Source: Oikopleura dioica (taxonomy: Eukaryota; Animalia; Chordata). Taken from it: a stretch of 64,000 bases of DNA. The stretch's first letter is position 1. Each line of letters starts with the position of its first letter. Both the position numbers and the translations under genes were made by a program. The DNA lies in NCBI GenBank assembly GCA_907165135.1, contig OU015566.1, positions 7,130,001 to 7,194,000 on the forward strand. The letters run 5' to 3'. The notes under the pieces were generated by a model. That model did no database searches. It saw only the letters and a list, made by a program, of their open reading frames with translations, and was not told where the DNA came from. Below, one piece after another: positions 59,698-64,000 of this stretch.

Positions 59698-61850
59698 ATT
59701 ATGAGTCCATAAGGGAGTCTTTAGGAATTCCCAGAAAATAAATTCCATTCAAACTTGGCGTTCGTGACTGGTCGAAATCTATTGACAGTCAATAATTGAC
59801 TTTTGAAATCAAGGAAGAGAATCGATAAAAAAATAACGCTCAACGGAAGTTGGCAAATTGCCCTCGAAAACTCATGACGTTCAGAAGCGACCTATCGCTC
59901 GGCAGTAAAAAACGATAATTACGAAAAGTAGCTAAAGAAGATCAGTGACGGCGGTTGTGACATTTTCGCATATTCGGACTCGTCGCAGACGAAATTCGTG
60001 AACTTATAAAAAAGTAAATTTCGTCACAGGGCATGAGAAGCAAATATTTGGTTGTTTGGCCGCTCGCATAATTCTTTGATACGCACTTCGATGTTTGGTG
60101 TTAACTTAGAATATTTGCCTTTCTTTCAATGAATTTCAACTTTCAACAATGCTGCTATTTGTGATGATCCCATTCGTTCAATCACGCAATTTTTCGGTAA
60201 CTCAAGAACTTCGAGAGTAACCCTGAAAGTAAATGTTTTCATGAGAATTCAATTCAAAGACCCAAGATTGAGCATCTGGTGCAGCTTTAGATTTACGTCT
60301 TTCAAGAGATAATTATCGGTTTTTTGTATAAAAATAGAGTAAATACTTTTTTAAGCTGAGGCGATTAATTTTGATAAAAATATTTTGAGGTCATATTGAA
60401 TAATGGCGACTCCCAATATACGTAAATATCAATTTACGACAGCTGCTAGAATCTTAAAGCCGGTCTCATGATTCAACTCTTTTGAAATCACTGCTGTTTT
60501 TAAAATATTGGATATGGTTCGTATTTTAGGGTTGCTGTTGAATTTATTATTGCACACACATCGTCATTAAAGAGAAGAATATTGCATGCAGTCTGATTCA
60601 TCCCGTTATATAAAATTAGCTTTTGCTATAGTCTATAGTAGTTATATTCTACAGTCGTTTTCCATCTTTAGAGCGTTTTTCGGATGACAAGGGTTGACCA
60701 AAACGCTCTTATGTTGGAAAATTTACGATCAAACTAGGATGACAGTGGGAAGAAATGATGCTAAAAATGCATAAATTGAGCTCTTTTCAAAACTCTAACA
60801 ATGTATCCGAGGTCATTTTTAGCTATTTATGATAAAATATCTACGATCTTTGATCAGTCAATGATTTCACCTAAAAAGAAGCTTAGAAAACATCTTTTTT
60901 AATGATTTTTAAGGTTGAAATAAACATTATTCTGAATATTATTTAAAAATACCCAGAAACGCTCTAAAATTGGAATTTTTGCAGATGACAAAGTATGGAA
61001 AATATTGACAAAAACGCTCTTAAGTTGGGCGCTCTTAAGATGGAAAACCACGGTATTTTTATGCAGCAACAAGAGACCATAAAATGTATGCACATAAAAC
61101 TACTTTTGATGAAAATTCATTTAAATTTCTTCAAAGCAGGATCGACTATTCATAAGTTATAAACGAGCATCAATCAAAAAGTTAGCTGAGCATAAAGCTA
61201 TCAAAAGAAACAACTTCTTTACAACTTATATACAGTAGGTACTGCTGGTATTTCTTATTTTCAAGATGGGTAGCTCGAATAGCACAAGGTTTTCAATCAT
61301 TTTGAAGAAGATCGTAATTGCATCATTGAACCAGTCATTTCGCAACGCCGTAAAAATGGACTACAAAAAAACAAAAAACAGAGATTTCTCAGCAACAAGA
61401 AGGAGATTGTTTAAAAAAGCTTTGGTATCAGCATTTTCAGCCTGCTGTTTCAAATAGATTTTTGTATAATACAGTTTATAATTTATAAGATAAGGGTGTC
61501 CATTATTTATTCTAAAAGAAAAATGATCACGAACGTCAGTTTTTTCGACGTATTTTTTGTTAACAAATCGACTATTTTTGCTGTCGGTTTCAATTGTCGG
61601 TGAAATCGTTCTGGTTAAATTAATTAGTCGGATCTTGGTCGAGTCGAAGGTTGAAATTCCAGAGCCGCGCCCGGTTGCCTTCGCCCGCGGCTTATGTTGC
61701 TTCGTAGGAACTTAAAATTATCTCCCACAAAGATTTTTTCACCAAAATGGTATTTATCCGGCTCAGAGTTTTATTCTAACCGAAGAGAAAGAAAATGATT
61801 TACGAAGATTTTCTTGAAGATTGAGAGATTTTCAGAAGAAGCGAAAGAAA

Positions 61851-64000
61851 ATGATAGGCAAGGGTTTAAAAGAAAATTTTTTATAAAAAAAATATCTTTT
61901 TAAACCCATAAAAGCTCTCTTGCGCCACAGAGCGGTGAAGATCCTCTCTTTGCTTCTTTTGGTCGCACTTGTTTCCATCCAATTACTATGGCAGCCTTCC
62001 GCAATTAATCAATCGGTGAAGCTTTCCCAAATCAAGTCCCCTAAATTGTCACACAAGAAGCCACCTGTACAAAAGAATGAAAAGAAGAAAAGTTCAAAGC
62101 CGGCGTCAAGCGAGGTGCATCATCTGAAACAGGAGAAAATTCATGTAGAATCTCCAACTCGACCTCCTCCTGAACCATCGACTTTGAAAGCGACTACTAC
62201 CAAGGAACCCGTTTTTTCATTAAAAATTTTCGACAAGAGGTCAATATTTTGGGCCAAAATGTCTAAATTTTATTTTAAAACGGTATCCAGCCAGTTGATG
62301 ACGTAAAAATCACCGATGAAGACTCCCCCATCATCGACAACAATGCCGACAGTATCATTGAGATGTCCGAGAAACCAAGTCTCCCCAGTGAAGAAGAGAC
62401 TTTATCGGTCGAAAAAGACAGCGAAATAATCGATGTCCAGTCTTATGACAGTCAGACATTTTCGGTCAGCAAGGATTTCTGGATGCACGCAAGTCCAAAT
62501 ACCAAGGCAATCTTTGCCCAGCTCCCGGTTCAATTTGAAAAGGAGTTTAAAAATCCTTGTTTTTGGCAAAAGTTTGAAGGTAAAAATGTTCAAAACTGAA
62601 AAAATATAGTTCATTTAACGTCAATTTATAATCATTGTTCAACGCTCAAGGATATTTTTGAAGAAATCATTAGCATATAAAATATTGCTGTAAATCAGCA
62701 TCCTCATCGTCAATTGATCGATTATGATTTGCATAGTTAGGTCTACCTAATTCGGAAATTCAATATATTTTCAGGAGAAATTTCCGCTGATCCGTATCTG
62801 AACTCCCCGTACGCTCCAGTTCCTGGGGAAGAAAGACAGTATGACCCGTGGGGACACAATAATTACTACCGAAAAGCGCGAGCTGATTTCATCGGACGTC
62901 TGAACAAAACAGAGACTGGCACTTATCGTTTTCGATGCCTTCCGTATTTCTATCTGATTTCGACGCCAAAAAGTGGGACGACGACGCTCTGGAATCAGAT
63001 GGTCAAGCACCCAGATGTCGATCTCAGGAAAGAGTCACGCCATTCCCACCTCTTCATTTTTTGACTAAGCTCTGTTTGACTCTTGTTCAGAATCGGAATC
63101 AAAGAAAACGCCTGGTGGAATTTCATGCGCCGCGGGCTTCGTGGCGACCACCACTGGGTCTATCACTTGGTCAATCCTCCAAAAGACTATCTCCCGAACG
63201 ATGAGCTGCTCGAAACTTTGGACCAGTTTATGGATCTCTTCGACAACGAAGGCGACAACTTCCGAAAAACTTTCAAAGAAAACGGCGGCAATTTCGTGAA
63301 TACAATAACAGCTCTTGCTCCGATCAATTTGCTGACTGCGCCAATCGACTTTTGGGAAGAGCTGCATCCAGGTAATTCAACATGAGAGTTTTGACATATG
63401 CTTTCTTGAAAATGGAGAATTCCACGACTATTTCTGAAAGATATTCAATAATAACAGCTGCTATTTCAGAGCAGACTAGATCTTCCCAGAATCGCGCACG
63501 GGTCGGGAAGTTTTTCTTTTGTTTTTGAGTCTTTCTAAAATTGCCTTAGTAGGCTACTAATAGCAGCGACAATTTCTATGCGACAATATTTGCGTCGGCG
63601 ACTATTTTCATCGCTGATTGGCCAGTTGGCGTATTATTAAGGTTGAGTTTTTCACCTAAGGTCGGCATCGACCCTGTTAACCCTGACATCATCGGTATAA
63701 ATAACTTTTACATCCATAATTATTACAAATCAAATTCAATTTTGTGGTTCTTTTCCTTTCTTTAAAAATAGAAATTAATTTGATCTAAAAATACAAAAAA
63801 GAATATTCCCGACTCAAGTCACGAGTTCTCCCGGGGTTATTGGGCCAACTCACTCAAAAAAATGCAACTTTAATTGCTTCTATATCTTTAGTTTTTACTA
63901 GACTCGCATGATCGTTAGTCATCACTTCTGATTTTAGAACTAGTCAAAGCTGGATTCAAATCTCCTCCATTATATCTACACCCAGCATACATAATCCACA
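61851..64000 (+). CDS. CHST15: Golgi type II carbohydrate sulfotransferase, GalNAc4S-6ST/CHST15-like; runs off the window
   Basis: MIGK|ALLRHRAVKILSLLLLVALVSIQLLW (TM), a stem region, KNPCFW, then FRCLPYFYLISTPKSGTTTLWNQMVKHPDV..IKENAWW. This matches the CHST15-type 5'-PAPS-binding loop (LRCLP.F.I...PKCGTT.L...L..HP...IKE..WW). Confidence 0.8.

Noticed and set aside
58258-60250. Short ORFs and protein-like fragments at 58.2-60.2 kb
   Set aside because: Interrupted by multiple stops, with no recognisable motif.
1-64000. tRNA, rRNA, SL RNA, CRISPR arrays, autonomous transposase or reverse-transcriptase ORFs
   Set aside because: None recognised by eye. The regular repeats are coding or inverted rather than repeat-spacer arrays, and the DNA is eukaryotic. 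A covariance-model scan could still find small RNAs.

Overview
Eukaryotic, gene-dense DNA with many tiny introns (about 40-75 nt), very short signal peptides and animal extracellular domains. It most likely comes from the appendicularian tunicate Oikopleura (dioica-like); this is an inference from gene structure, not a database match. From left to right: the 3' end of an LMAN2/VIP36 lectin; two tandem paralogues of an unknown, possibly F-box-like gene; a 5-exon RNase H1 homologue that has lost two of its four catalytic acidic residues; an unknown minus-strand gene; a secreted CUB protein; a ~5,070-aa gel-forming mucin encoded almost entirely by one ~15.1-kb exon; an intact-looking GCPII/NAALADase-type M28 peptidase; a polycystin-1-like gene with 9 calcium-binding EGF repeats; a convergent mosaic astacin protease; several lineage-specific genes; a repeat-rich, gene-poor stretch (about 47-61.8 kb) with MITEs, long palindromes, TTAGGG tracts and one C2HC zinc-finger gene; and the 5' part of a CHST15-like sulfotransferase. 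Three -1 frameshifts all fall in A/T homopolymers, which suggests consensus errors. The best candidates for novelty are the pseudo-RNase H1, the EGF-array polycystin, and the mucin/astacin/polycystin/CUB extracellular cluster. All gene models were spliced by eye.
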